DNA of 64,000 nt from Phyllobates terribilis (taxonomy: Eukaryota), in the NCBI RefSeq assembly GCF_046119375.1, contig NW_027362767.1, positions 284,394,001 through 284,458,000 of the forward strand. The letters run 5' to 3'. Both the position numbers and the translations under genes were made by a program. Of this stretch, positions 38,622 through 51,789 are shown piece after piece. Under the pieces are notes generated by a model, which ran no database searches, was not told where the DNA came from, and saw only the letters and a program-made list of their open reading frames with translations. The stretch's first letter is position 1. Each line of letters begins with the position of its first letter.

Positions 38622-41356
38622 TTAAATGTGACAATGTGGAAGAATCGGAACACTTTTGTTTTTAAATATACAGTATCTATAACTTTCATGCGCTAGAGAA
38701 AGATATGTGAAACATATGAACGCAGGCAACACATTTACAATGACAGAACATATGGTGAAGAGGTAAGATGCCTCAAATTGATGAAGGGCAGAATCATTTC
38801 GGATACAGAGGCAAAAGGTTATACAGCATGAGAATGGTAGAGTAAAGATATACAGTGTTAAAGGGCCAACATTGAATCACATAGTTGTGTCGGAATCCGA
38901 ATTCTTAGAATGTCAAACTTATGATGATGATCCTGAGCAGAAACGAGTTGAACATTTAAGTACATTTTTGCTGTATTGTAACTCATGAGACCTCATTTGA
39001 CTGTTAGCTAAATGAAGAACACCTGGGTACAATTTTTATGTCATAACAACTAAAGTAGGCAAAAAATTCCCATCCAACTTACAAGGAAATTTCATAAGTG
39101 ATACAGAATTTGGAATAAATTTGGTAAGCCAATTTGAATTGCAAAGGGGAATGTTGACAAGTTGGGTTTAAACCAAGGTAACGCTGACGAAACCGGATTT
39201 TTGTCCAGGCAGCTTATCGAAATGTAACCCAAGCATATCAATTGAGGAAACTTGTAGAAAGTTCATTTTGTATTAAAGGGCGAGAAATAACATTGTAATA
39301 AGTCTTAACAAAGCCTCCATAGCTGTCAGTTCTTATGTAGGGTACACTTCCCTACAGCTAATGAAATTCTGGCACTGGTTAAAGTGCATTTTGAAAGCAA
39401 GATACTTGGACGGAGAAGAGGGAAAATGTTTTTCTTGGAGATGTTATCAGAAAAGTCTGGTCCAGGCTATTTCTTTGTTAATGAAGGTTTAGAGGTCATT
39501 CACCTGTGCATTACATCATTTTTTAGGATGTTCCAGAATCCTTAGCTCCACCTTGTTCTCATTTCGTTTTGGTTTTGGAGTTAACCCTATGGTCTGTGGG
39601 TTTGGAAGTATGGCTTATGTCTTCTATACCCTGACTAAATACTAGAAAACTGTCAAGTGTCTCCATGGTTACATACAACTAACAAACCATGTGAAAATTA
39701 CACAGAAGTGAAAGGAGAAATAGAATGGAGTTGATCTACAAGATCAAATTATACAAGTTTGATTTGTGGTCTGTATCCATGGAGACACATAGGTCTGCAT
39801 TGACACTGTAGACAATGAATGGTAGGATATATTTCTCCTTTCACGACTTAGGAGCCCCATAAATAATAGATAGATGTCGGCCGAACAATGATTTGACCAA
39901 TTGTTCTTCTAGCAGCTATCTTTTCCACCTGCTGCATGCCAATCATTCCTCTGTGCTCTACAAGAGAGTTGCTGCCAGACTTATTTGGCATAGACTTGTC
40001 TCGCCGAGAACAAAAGGATTCAACAGGTTAAAATGAAACCTGCCGGAGCCTTATCTGATGAACATCATCTGTCAAAGGAGATTCAGGAGGCCACATAAAC
40101 ATCAGACTGTTAGCCCAGCCCACCGTTAGACATTAGTCTAATCTATACGAGTGCCTTCACACTGGTTTATGCTTAAATCTAATCTCCTGGTATTTCTATA
40201 AAACATTACATGTGCGATGTTACTTAGAATTTTGTGTTAAATCATTATTTATATCAGACTGCAGAGATCCAAAAGCAAACATACCCAATGTGCTCCACCA
40301 CCCCACCAATTCTGCAGAAATAAGAGACAGGTCACACAACTTGATGAGTAAAGACCAGTCACATCTTCTAACTATTGTATGCAAACAATACCAAGGAATG
40401 CACTTCATTTAACAAAATGATAAAGTTAAGTGTCACATAGCCAAATGCTAACTGTTGAACTTCAACAGGCAAGTCAACCTAGGTAGCCAATCTCCAAGCT
40501 TTCTTTCTTTTTCTCTGTCCATCGCTGTGACTTGAATTTGTACGTAGGAATAACAATATAACAACATACAAAGAAGAAGGGAGATCAGGACGAGTACCTC
40601 CAGGACCCAGAGAGGGGAAGAGGTGAAGCCAAGAAAATGAAAAGGTAGGTTAACAGGGAAAAATATAATCAGGGGTATAATGATCGCGGTCACAGTTGGT
40701 GCGATCAAGACTGGGCCCATACAGGAGGGGGGCCGCCAATGCCAGCACCCATTCCAGTTGGATATACATTGGAGAATGCACATTCAGCTGAAATGTATTG
40801 GGGCACAGGGACCTCCCATGTCCCTACACCCCAATCCACGCCACCGGCCAATCAGAGACCGGCACCTGCTGTCAGCAGGTGACACATGGTAGTGATCTCA
40901 TACATTGCCCATAGCAGGCATGTCAATTTCAGCTGCCGGCCTCAGCACTGGCTATAGAAGAGGACATCGTGTGTCATGGGAGCAGGGGAGGGTAAGAAGA
41001 ATTTTTTTTTAATGAGTTAGAGATCAGCGGCAGAATGGGGGAGAGATATATACCAGAAAGGAACCCAGGATGAAGAGTGTATATACCAGGATGGGGGACA
41101 TATATAGTAGGATGGGGACATATTTACCAGGAATGAGCTAAGGGGCCAACAATTACACAGAGATATCCAACAGCTAAAATGTAGGACTGCACTCAGATTA
41201 CAGGGTGCAAAATTGTGTACGACTTTTAGAATGTCACTCAGGAGTAGCAGCAGCAATGTTTCGGACAGTGATAAAGCTGATGGATGCTGGTCCATGCTCT
41301 CCATTAGCTTAATGAAGGAAACTACCTTCTGAAAATATTGCTACTCTAATCTTTAA

Positions 41357-41663
41357 TAGTGATGAGCGAGTAAGTTCTGTTAATCCATTCAGCGAGCATG
41401 CTCGGGTGCTCGCTGAGCATCTTCAGCATGCTCGGGTGTTATGTTTGAGACATGCCGTATGCATGATTTGCGACTGTTTGACAGCTTTAATACATGTGAG
41501 GAATGCCTAAGAAACAGGCATTCCTCACATGTATTAAAGCTGTCAAACATTTGCAAATCATGCACACAGAATGACTCAAACATAACACCCAAGCACGCTG
41601 AAGATACTCGGAAAACACCCGAGCATGCTCGTAAATCTCAAGTAATGAGCATGCTCATCACTA
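41357..41663. mobile_element. hAT-type palindromic MITE, same family as 24783-25077
   Basis: TIR TAGTGATGAGC / GCTCATCACTA; 8-bp TSD ATCTTTAA; shared core ACATGTGAGGAATG...CATTCCTCACATGT. Confidence 0.9.
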
Positions 41664-42065
41664 ATCTTTAAGTGACACTGGAGCTTCTATAAAATTTGCA
41701 CACGTTTAGGCACTGCTCAGTCTGTGTGCTGCACTACCATTTTGTTATTGTGCTATTATTCTGGACTTGTGACAGTAGGCTCAAAAGGGACATGCACCAT
41801 TTTTCATTAAGCATGCTACTAGTGTGTATGCTGCTCTACAAAAACACTAAACCTGAAACAGTTAATCTTATGGAAATGCTGCGAAGAACACAGCAATTAA
41901 TCTGCTGATCAGTTTCATTTAAGGTTTAGCAATTCTATCGTGCATGTAGACATGCCTATTTCATCCCATCAATGCACCTTCACAAACGCAGATCGACTTT
42001 ATACAAGTCCATGGTGTTGCTTTACTGTCTTGTTTATACCAGCTAACTAATACTGATGGAAGCAG

Positions 42066-43074
42066 TGTAAGGATGGTGGACTGTGCTGCAATATTTCAAC
42101 CATTGAAGACAACAATCGCATTGTGTGGGAATAATGTCCTACATCTTTGTATATGTTGTGTCATGTCAATTGTGTTGTAATGTATAATGTAAGATAAGTA
42201 ATGTCAGTAATGTACAGTATAGGGTGTATAGTATAGGACATAGTGTATGAGATAGGTAGTCTAGGCATAGATACTTGATGGTAGTTTAGGTAATGACAGA
42301 AGGGCAAGATAGAGTTAATGTTTGGGACTAGCCCATAGTGGGAGGAGCTAATTGGTAGGGCAAGTGACTGCTTCCTGTAGTTAGTTCGAGTTTGGAGTTT
42401 CAGGTGCTGCCAAAAAAAGGGTGATCCATAGATTAAGGAGACTTAAGGCCAGGGATAGCAAGATCCTAAAGAAGAAGTCACTGACTAGTTATAGTGGCCT
42501 GCCAGAGGAGGCATCCATGGATAGGATGCTGAGTCACAAACCCCTGAGCTTGCTACGATGAAGATGATGGACCTAAACAGGACTGAATTCATGGGACTGG
42601 TGGGGTTCCTGAGTGGTAGATCCGGGGTGACAGTGGTGGTAGAAATAGGATGCAGAACCGCTGAGCGAGTAGAGAGACATACTGATCAGGACTGGGTTGT
42701 GGCAACGTAGGACGAAATAGTGTGTTTTCAAAGCCCTGGAGTAGAATTACTTAGGAAGGATACGCTATGAGGGGAAAATGCTTTGTACTGTAGAGGAAAC
42801 ATCTATAAGACGTTGTACCTGCTATCCCTTGTACATAAGCTTTGCCAAGTTATCGTTCAGTAAAGACTCTATGTTTGAACGACGGTCTCCTTCATTGAAC
42901 CATAGAATCAATGGTCCTGGCCACATTACCACCTGCTACACACAGCCTGCACACCGTGATGCCCTCATAGCACAAGTCCACACACCCAGACAGTACCCAC
43001 ACTTTCATGTAGTGTGTCACGGCTTTAAAGGAGATGAGCGCCTCACCCGCGGTACCGCCCTGCGCCGTCCTACA
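42066..43074 (+). mobile_element. Solo LTR, 1009 bp
   Basis: TGTAAGGA...TCCTACA termini; 4-bp TSD GCAG (42062-42065, 43075-43078). Confidence 0.8.
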
Positions 43075-43656
43075 GCAGAACAATCATTAAATGGGTTGTC
43101 TTCTTTAAGAAACTTTTTGCTGTAAGCAAATTAAAAACATATTATGTATTACTTACCCTTCCTGGGTCTAGTGCTAGCTCTATGGCGGTATCTGGTATTT
43201 GTTGTTAGTCTGTAGTACTGAAGTCATGTTGACAGCGCAACAACCAATCAATGAGCTCAATGGCTCGCGCCTTCTACACGTGGACATGGCTGCTGAGCTT
43301 AATGATAGGCTGCAGCGTGGTCAATGTGACATAAGCAATGCAGACAAACAACAGACTAGGGCAGTGGCGGAGAGCCTGCACTGGACCCATGGATGGTAAA
43401 TAACATCTTGTATTTATTAATTATGACAGCTTTTAGATAAATTCTTCTGAAAGTGGACAACCCCTTTAATATTATTGCTTTGCTCAGACACAGAATCATG
43501 TAATTGGAAGCAAATTCATTTTTTACATGGGATGATGTGTTGCTTTTATCCCAGTTTAAAAGATCCGACCACCCCAGAAGGGAACATTTGTCGGATGATT
43601 GCAGCCTTTTTACACAGAGGGATAGTCATGATTGAACATTCATACAACACTCGTTA

Positions 43657-43859
43657 GGCCACAGCCCCACTACCAGTATTTGGTCAGTATTTGGTCAGTA
43701 TTTTTTCTCAGGAGTGGGAGCCAAAACCAGGATTGGAACAATCAGATAAAAGGTATAATAGAAACAAGTCACCAATTCTGCATTTATCACTCACTCCTGG
43801 TTTTGGCTCCCACTCCTGAGAAAAAATACTGACCAAATACTAGTAGTGGGGCCGTGGCC
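43657..43859. mobile_element. PIF/Harbinger-type MITE, reversed copy of 30550-30769
   Basis: GGCCACAGCCCCACTA...TAGTGGGGCCGTGGCC; TTA/TCA flanks. Confidence 0.8.
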
Positions 43860-44330
43860 TCAGTCAAACATTAGCCACCTAAATGCACCTTAAGCTCCCC
43901 AAAAACACTTAGAAGATTTTTTTAAAATATTCAGTGTTTTTGCTTTAATACGAGACAAATTAGGGTCAAAGAAAAGGAAGAGATTTAGGAAATGTGCATA
44001 GTTTAAATATTTGCTGCAGATATTTCTGCACGAAAACGTGACTCTTGGCAGCACAAATGCCGCATCAAAAAAAACAGCATGTATGCATGTGTTTTTGATG
44101 CAATTTTTTATGCTTTTTTCCCCATTCATTTGAATAGGTAAAAACACTGCAAAAACTGTGAAAGAAATGACATGCTGCAGATGTGAAACGGCGTCAAATC
44201 TGTAAGAAAAAACAAGCAGCGTGTGCACGAGATTTCATAAACACACGGGAAAAAAACTGGGAAAAACAAGGCAAAAACGCAAGATGTGAACATGCCCTAA
44301 GAAAGGAATTACTGGGGTAATAATAATCTT

Positions 44331-44600
44331 TTTATTTATATAGCTCCAACATATTCCACAGTGCTTTACAATTCCAACAATTTACAAACATTATTGGCAC
44401 TGTCCCCTTTGGGGCTCACAATCTACATTCCCTATCAGTTTGTCTTTGGAATGTGGGAGGAAACCGGAGAACCCGGAGGAAACCCACACAAACACGGGGA
44501 GAACATACAAACTCCTTGCAAATGTTGTCCTTGGTGGGATTTGAACCCAGGACGCCAGCTCTGTAAGGCTGCAGTGTTCACAAATGAGCCATCGTGCCAC
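44331..44600 (-). mobile_element. Near full-length tRNA-derived SINE (V-SINE-like)
   Basis: B box GGGTTCAAATCCC; core TTTGTATGTTCTCCCCGTGTTTGTGTGGGTTTCCTCCGGGTTCTCCGGTTTCCTCCCACATTCCAAAGAC; A-rich tail. Confidence 0.85.
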
Positions 44601-44746
44601 CTTATTATTTTTTCCTTTTTCTTTTTTGTGTTTAGTGTTAAAGAAAACATATTAGCTAACACAGAAATAAACTGGGTGTCTTAGTGATAGAACAAGAGGA
44701 GAACTTATCAGTTACAGTTTACATTTTGGGAAAATAATAGTATATA

Positions 44747-46271
44747 CAGTTGTGCTCGAAAGTTTACATACCCCAGCAGAATTTTTCCATTCTTGGCCTT
44801 GTTTCAGAGAATATGAATGATAACAAAAAAACTTTTACTCCATTCATGGTTATTGGTTGGCTGACGTCATTTATTGTCAAACTACTGTGTTTTCTCTTTT
44901 TAAATCTTGATGACAACCAAAAACATCCAAATGACCCTGATCAACAGTTTACATACCCTGGTGATTTTGGCCTGATATAACATGCACAGAATTTGACACA
45001 AATGGGTTTGAATGGTTAGTAAAGGTAACATCCTCACCTGTGACCTGTTTGCTTGTAATCAGTGTGTGTGCATAAAAGCTGAGTGAGTTTCTAGGATCCA
45101 GACAGACTTTTGCATCTTTCATCCAGCCACTGACATTTCTGGATTGTGAGATCTATGGGAAAAGGTAGTTGAACTGTATAACACAGGAAAGAGATACAAA
45201 AAAATCTAAGGAATTGATAATGCCAGTCAGCAGTGTTCAAGCTGTGATTAACAGTCAGGTAGACCAAAAAAATTTCGGCCACAACTGCCAGGAAAATTGT
45301 TCAAGATGCAAAGAAAAACCCACAAATAACATGCACAATAAGGAGGCACTTGAAAAAAAATGGGCTGCATGGTCGAGTCGCCAGAAGAAAGCCATTACTG
45401 CGCAAATGCCACAAAGTATCTTCCCTACAATATGCCAAACAGCACAGAGACAAGCCTCAAAACTTCTGGAACAAGGTAATTTGGAGTGATGAGACCAAAA
45501 TTGAACTTTTTGGCCACAACCATAAACGTTACATTTGGAGAGAGGTCAACAAGGCCTCTGATGAAAGGAATACCATTCCCACAGTAAAGCACGGAGGTGG
45601 ATCGCTGATGTTTTGGGGATGTGTAAGCTACAAACACACAGGAAACTTGGTAAAAGTTGAAGTAAAGATGAATGCAACACATTATAAGCAAATACTGAAG
45701 GCAAATTTGCACTCATCAGCTTGGAAGCTGAGCATGGGACGTACTTGGACATTCCAACATGACAATGATCCAAAACACCAGGCTAAGTTGATCTGTCATT
45801 GGTTACAGCAGAACAAAGTGAAGGCTCTGGAGTGGCCATTTCAGTCTCCTGACCTCAATATCATTGAGCCATCCTGGGAGATCTCAAGCGCGCAGTTCAT
45901 GCTAGACAGCCCAGGAATTTACAGGAACTGGAGGCTTTTTGCCTAGAAGAAAGAGCAGTTTTACCATCTGAGAAAATAAAGAACTTCATCCACAACTACC
46001 ACAAAAAAATTCAAGCTGTCATTGATGTTAGAGGGGGCAATACACAGTATTAAGAACTGGGGTATGTGAACATTTGATCAGGGTCATTTGGATGTTTTTG
46101 GTTGTCAATAAGATTTAAAAATAGAAAACACAGTAGTTTAACAATAAATGGCTTCACCCAACCAATAACCATGAGTGGAGAAAAAGTTTTTTTGTTATCA
46201 TTCATATTCTTTGAAACAAGGCCAAGAAAACAAAAATTCTGCCGGGGTATGTAAACCTTTGAGCACAACTG
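44747..46271 (+). mobile_element. Tc1/mariner DD34E transposon (IR/DR type), defective
   Basis: TA TSD at 44745-44746 and 46272-46273; ~212-bp TIRs beginning CAGTTGTGCTC.AA.GTTTACATACCCC with inner direct repeats. Confidence 0.95.
45150..46053 (+). pseudogene. DD34E transposase pseudogene
   Basis: [22 protein letters not shown]...PDLNIIE (34-residue spacing), terminal GGNTQY*; N-terminal deletions and frameshifts. Confidence 0.9.
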
Positions 46272-48910
46272 TATAAGTGTTGACTTGTGTGACAGGTTTA
46301 GTAATCACTCACTATCAGATTCATAAATCTCCCTCACTATGGATTCTTCAAAAGGAAATTAGAGACTATGATTTATGACGTTTAATTAAAGGACAACGAT
46401 GATGGTTTCTGTCCAGACTTTTGTAACTTCTTATGATTGCTTTATTTGTGAAACGAGGATACCTGAAATAACACAAGCCATTATAGTTCTCTGTGGCTGA
46501 AAGCTAGACAGCCCATTGTCTTGTAATTTGCGGTATAACGAAGTCCATTTAAGCTGCATGTATACACACAATATGCATTATGATGCATTAGATGTAAAGT
46601 ATACTGCTAAAAGGCATGTAAGACACACTAGGCCATCAATATCTCTGGTATCATGCTAATGTGTCATAATGGGTTAAAAGCACTTAAATGACTTAGATCA
46701 GTTAATATTTCACAACTGATATTTGTATATTCCGACATCCATATGGGTCCTTTTTCTAAACAATTATTGTCTTTGGGTCATTAGATGAAACCTCTTATAT
46801 ACACATGGTCAAAGTGGTTTTAATAAGCCGTATAAATAGTCATAAAGCAATTCTACTTTTTTTTTGCAGTTTTCAGCTTGGACTATGAGGGAACAACCAT
46901 TTCATGGATCCATGTTGTACAGATAATAAAAGTGCACCCATGCACCCATAGAGACCCATATACGTACTTCTGTGGGATTTTGATGCTATATCGAGTTACT
47001 GTTTAAGAAATGTGCAAAAGTAAAGTATAGCAACACACAAAGTCAGAAACGTTCCAAATTGTGGCATACTGTTAGACACCGTACAAGGATATTGATGAGA
47101 CCCTGCATTCTCCTTCTAGAAGTAATGCATAAAATTGTATTCCCATCGGCGAAATCCTACCCTAATGTGTAGTAAGTATAATAATAATAATAATATTAGC
47201 AAATACCTACAATTAGAAATGTAGTATAGTTCTTCTGATTTACTGTGTCGCTTACCCCATGTGCAGGGCATTGCGATAACTTAGGTATCCATGGTTACGA
47301 CCACTCAAAGTGACAGCTGTTAATAGTCGTAATAATGGATTCCTAAGCTGCTGCAATGCCCTGCACATTGTATAAGAGACATGGCTAATCAGAACTATGC
47401 TACATTTCAAATTGGAGGTATTTGCTAATATTTTTACTAGGGATGAGTGAACCCATGGAAGTTCGAGTTTATCGGGTTCGACCGAACTTTAGTTTGGGTT
47501 CCAGAACTGTACCTGAACTTGAACCTGAACACGAACCCCATAGAAATCAATGCAGACCCGGACTTTGGAGCAGGAAAAACTCTCTCTCTAATGGGAATAC
47601 CCCTTTAATGAAGACCCCTTACACATAAGCAGAAATAATTTCATACTATGAAACCTTAAAAATTGTGTTATTGCTTGTGATATCACAAACTGAATTTTTC
47701 TAAATTGGGAAATATTGTGGCTCGGAACAACAGCAATCATAATGTAATCCAATGACACTGACTCTTTAATGTGCAGCACTGGTTATTAAAAGTCATATTC
47801 AAAAGTAAAAGAACCAACTTTTGATCATCTTCCTAATTCCATTGCTTTTTCCTATGGCGTGATCTCCAACCTTGACTCTCCGACTGTTGCGTAACAACTC
47901 CCAACATGTTCTGACATCTGCTGTCATAGGTTTATAACAGTTAAGAACTATCTACTGATCTTGATTCTCGTGTTATATTGCCCTTTCCTGTGCCAATTTC
48001 TAATAAGAGGCAACTTAATATCTAGGTGGTATTCATGGTGAACTAATCTTAGAAAAACAATAGTTGGCATTGCTTGTAATCCATCGTACAAAATCTATAA
48101 CTGCTATGCAGGTAAGAACGAGGAGTTCCCCAAAATGTAAATGATCTTTGAAAAATTGGAGTTTTCTCTAACACAAATAGCCGTGCCTTTCTGGATTGCT
48201 TCCTGAAAGATAAATTGCATTGAGTCACTCAGAAGCCGTGCTGTGGGAAACGAGGCCGATGCCGAGAAGTAAACATTTATGTAGGCTGAAATCTTTCATT
48301 ATTCCCTAGCAGAAAGAGATGTAGCAGAACTTGAGCAAGACTGATCATCAGCAGGGTAAAATTTGTAATAAACATCGCAATGGAAGGAGCGGAAAATCTC
48401 TGTCGCAAATGAATAATATAAAAAGATATGAGATTTTCTAGAGTTAGTTCTAATTCTCTATTTGTAGATATAGTAAGAACTTATAAAACGCCCCGTTATT
48501 GTCTCAGCAAACCTGACATTGTTCTAACCGGATGTTATAGGTTTATACATGTGGTGGTTTCTTTAAAATGAATCTGACAGATGATGCATGGCCCCAATCC
48601 ATAGACAATATGTATCAGGCACTGGCTGGATGATCTCAGCCAGGTATGTTTGACTCTGAAATGCTGCGGTGTTTCAGAGAACAACATACTTTAATAGCTA
48701 CTGGGGACTAAACCTTGCTGGAGACTAGTTGGACAGGCGGGTCCTGGGCAGCTTCTCCCCACCTGCTGGCCTGGATACACATGTAGACAGAGAACTTTCA
48801 TCGCACAGAAGACCAGGCGGGAGAAGCCACCGGGGACCGGCCTGTCCAACTATTCTCCAGCTCTTAAAGGAAGAGGAAGCAGTGTGGCACATCTACTGGG
48901 TAAAATGAAC

Positions 48911-49097
48911 AATCTTTATTGGAACATCTTTAAAACATGTGGATCTATACAAAAAAACATTAAAAAACCTGACGTGTTTCTGGCAGAGCAAAAGCCCTTA
49001 GGCACCTTATGACTAAGGGCATATGTTGTGGCCAGAAATGTTAATTTTTGGAACATGTTTTTTGTTTAGATCCACTTAGAGATGTTCCAATAAAGAT
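48911..49097. repeat. Inverted duplication resembling a tail-to-tail Penelope pseudo-LTR remnant
   Basis: AATCTTTATTGGAACATCT...GTGGATCTA...TTTCTGGC mirrored by GCCAGAAA...TAGATCCAC...AGATGTTCCAATAAAGATT; eroded HHR-like halves (TAAGGGC...GCCAGAAA). Confidence 0.55.
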
Positions 49098-50672
49098 TTT
49101 TAATTTTACCCAGTGGAAGTGCTGCACTTCTTCTTCTTTCTCTACATGTTTTGCTCTTCTCCACAAGCAGGATTCGGCACCCAACCGCTTTGGCTTTGGT
49201 CCTCTCAGCTCTCTATCGTCAAACAAATGTGGTGAGCTTGAAATTCTTTGCTTCTAGTCTCCAGAGCGGGTCGGTATGTTCTTCTCATGTGGATTGGCAC
49301 ATACTGTCAGGTTCACTTGAAACATCAAGCTCCATAAAATAATCAATACAATAATCACCAAACAATATGTTGAACCTAAGAATAGGTCATTAATATTAAA
49401 GTCCATTAAACACAATAATATCCTCATCTGTGGATCCTGGTACTATCAGTGCCTCTATAAAATATCTATTTTTATTAGGGATCATCATCACATTTAAATG
49501 ATCAGCCAAGACTTTTTTAACAGCGTTTAATTTTTTTTTACTATATTTTCCTGCTTGGTTGACCATCAGGAGTCTATAATACTTCTTAAAACACCCTCTT
49601 GTAAAGGCTTTAACATCCATAACACACAAACAGAAACTGATGTGTATAGCATCAGACCGTAAAACTGCGGCCAAAAAAAACTCCAGCTGGCAATGTCAAC
49701 AGGGCCTGTTGGTGATGCTGATACAGTCATCAAAAGGGTTAAACTGGCAGGAAATTTAGACAGTGAAGGCGGCAGCTTTCAGGAGAAATGTGGAGATTGA
49801 TTGCGCTGACATGAAGAGCAGCTGTGGGTTTGGGACATCGCCCAGTCTCACAATATTTAGCCAATTAACTCAGCGTTAACTGGCCTTGCACTGGCTCTTT
49901 CAGCTTTGCCTTGTAAAGGAATCATCATCTTGTCAGAGAAAGAAAGTCCTGCTAAATAAGGTGTACAATGAAGGGGAAAATTGGAAGCATTAAACATTCT
50001 TATTTGCTGCAAGGTAAGTTAATGCATTTTATTGTCACATGTCCTGAAATTTTAACACTCACATATCTGGTCTGTCCATGTTCTAGATTCATCAAGTTGG
50101 CTGAAATCCCGTTTACACTGGGTATTTGACGTTATGGCTCATTTCTGGACAATAGTTTCTATGATTGCCAATGTAAATTCATAAGAATATAAAATGATAA
50201 AATGATTATCATTCAACACGATTCATGGTGCATATCTACACAAAGTCATCAGTGGCGGCATCGGTTGATGTCACTTATTGCAGCTCTTACAATCTCTTGT
50301 GCATGGCTCTTAGGAGAGTCAGTGCTACTTAATAATTAAAAATGTTCTCTACAATGATTGTAAATTGAAATCTTTTCAAGATTTTTTTACTTAAGGTTTT
50401 GAAACTACGGGGTCTTTGAACCTTTCTAAGAAACTATTTTTTATATCTGATTTCATGGAATTTAGTAGTCTTAAACTCTCCTGAAAAGTCCAATCATTAA
50501 TTTTCTCATCTTATCGCTCAGGCATGCTCAAAGGTATAATTTGAAGTTTCTGAGCCCCAATACATAACCTGAAACAGGACCCCCTTATGACTTTGAACCA
50601 TTTATAATTAGGCACATATTCGTGGCCACAATGTGGGTCATAATTCTACTGGAATTTATTGTCTTTATAATA

Positions 50673-51765
50673 TGTGGTGCCCTGCTGCGCATCGGTGCCA
50701 CAGAACCCAGAAGGGTGCATGGATGGACTTCTCCACAAGAGGCCCTCACACATTCACACACCTCCACCCTACCACCTCAGACCAGCAGAGTGAGCCCATT
50801 AGGGAGATATATAGGGAGGGTGGAACCAGGCAGCTCAGTTTAGTGTTCAGAGACAGAGAGGAACACAGGTCAGAGTTGATCAGAGAGCGTGCTGATGCTC
50901 AGAGAGCAGTGAAGAGCAGCAAGCTGGCTGCAGTGCTTAGGCGAGCCAAGGCCTACAGCACGTGTGAAAGCCTAGTGAGGGCCTTGAGTGGGCCGAAGGC
51001 GAGAGGAGAAAGAAGAAGTAGCAAGGGGGCAGAGGAGCATACCAGGCTCACCCCGATATATATACCGGACACCGGGTCCGCGCCTACAGGGACTCCTTAT
51101 ACCCAGTAGGAACCACCAGAACCCCAGGAGGACTACAGGTCCCAGGTTTGCCAAATGTTGATTACAGTACCAGAGCTAGGAGTCACGGAGGTCCCAGCGT
51201 CCAGGGAGAGTGATCTCCAAAGAGTAGGCCCAACCACCAGGTCAGCAGGTGCAAAGAGAGATAGTAACCAAGCTAGGCCTAGCTCCAGGCAGGTCAGAAG
51301 CTTAGAGAGTAAAGCAACGAATCAGGAGGCCCTATACCCGCTCACTGGGGAGAGTCCAAAAGTGTGCCCTTCACCTGAAGTACCCTGGACCGTGCCTGCA
51401 GCATCACCAGTAAAGGTACTGAAGCTTACCCCTGTGTGAGTGTCTGTCTTTCCTCTGGGACCGTCCTGCCGTCTCTCCCCTGCACCACCATCCAGTATAC
51501 CCCATGCTGCCCTGAGGCCTGCTCCACCTGTGGGGAGCCATTCCATCACAAGCTGCCCTACCATCAGCCTCAGAGGACTGCTCCGCAGCGGCGGCACCCC
51601 TTAGCCGCATTCCACAGGTGGCGTCACGAACTTTCCAAATCCCCTATATAATCCCCCTTTTACTGACCGCCCTGGGTCACGGACCGAGCCAGCCACCGTG
51701 ATATTCCCTATACCGGCATCCAGAGGCCCGGCTGCCGAGTACCCCATGGCCCAGGGGGCGCGTCA
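50673..51765 (+). repeat. Element A 5' LTR
   Basis: TGTGG...GCGCGTCA; TATATA at 50808; AGTAAA at 51409; roughly 95% identical to the 3' LTR (estimated from the first ~165 bp). Confidence 0.95.
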
Positions 51766-51769
51766 GCTT

Positions 51770-51789
51770 TGGCGTCACGAACAGGATTC
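51770..51789 (+). promoter_or_regulatory. Primer-binding site, tRNA-Ser(CGA)
   Basis: TGGCGTCACGAACAGGATTC is complementary to the 3' end of the vertebrate tRNA-Ser(CGA) isodecoder (...GAATCCTGTTCGTGACG-CCA; tRNA sequence recalled, not looked up). Confidence 0.85.

Noticed and set aside
38690-38770. GAG|GTAAGA donor with an open upstream frame
   Set aside because: Weak acceptor context and unrecognised peptide
39170-39235. CTGACGA...GAAATGT as a possible hammerhead
   Set aside because: No stem I pairing and no convincing stem II
50633-51109. 158-aa / 145-aa ORF repeated at 57158-57595, and the 89-aa ORF pair in element B LTRs
   Set aside because: Repeated only because LTRs are duplicated; GC-rich; no recognisable domain; no similar protein in the sister LTR family
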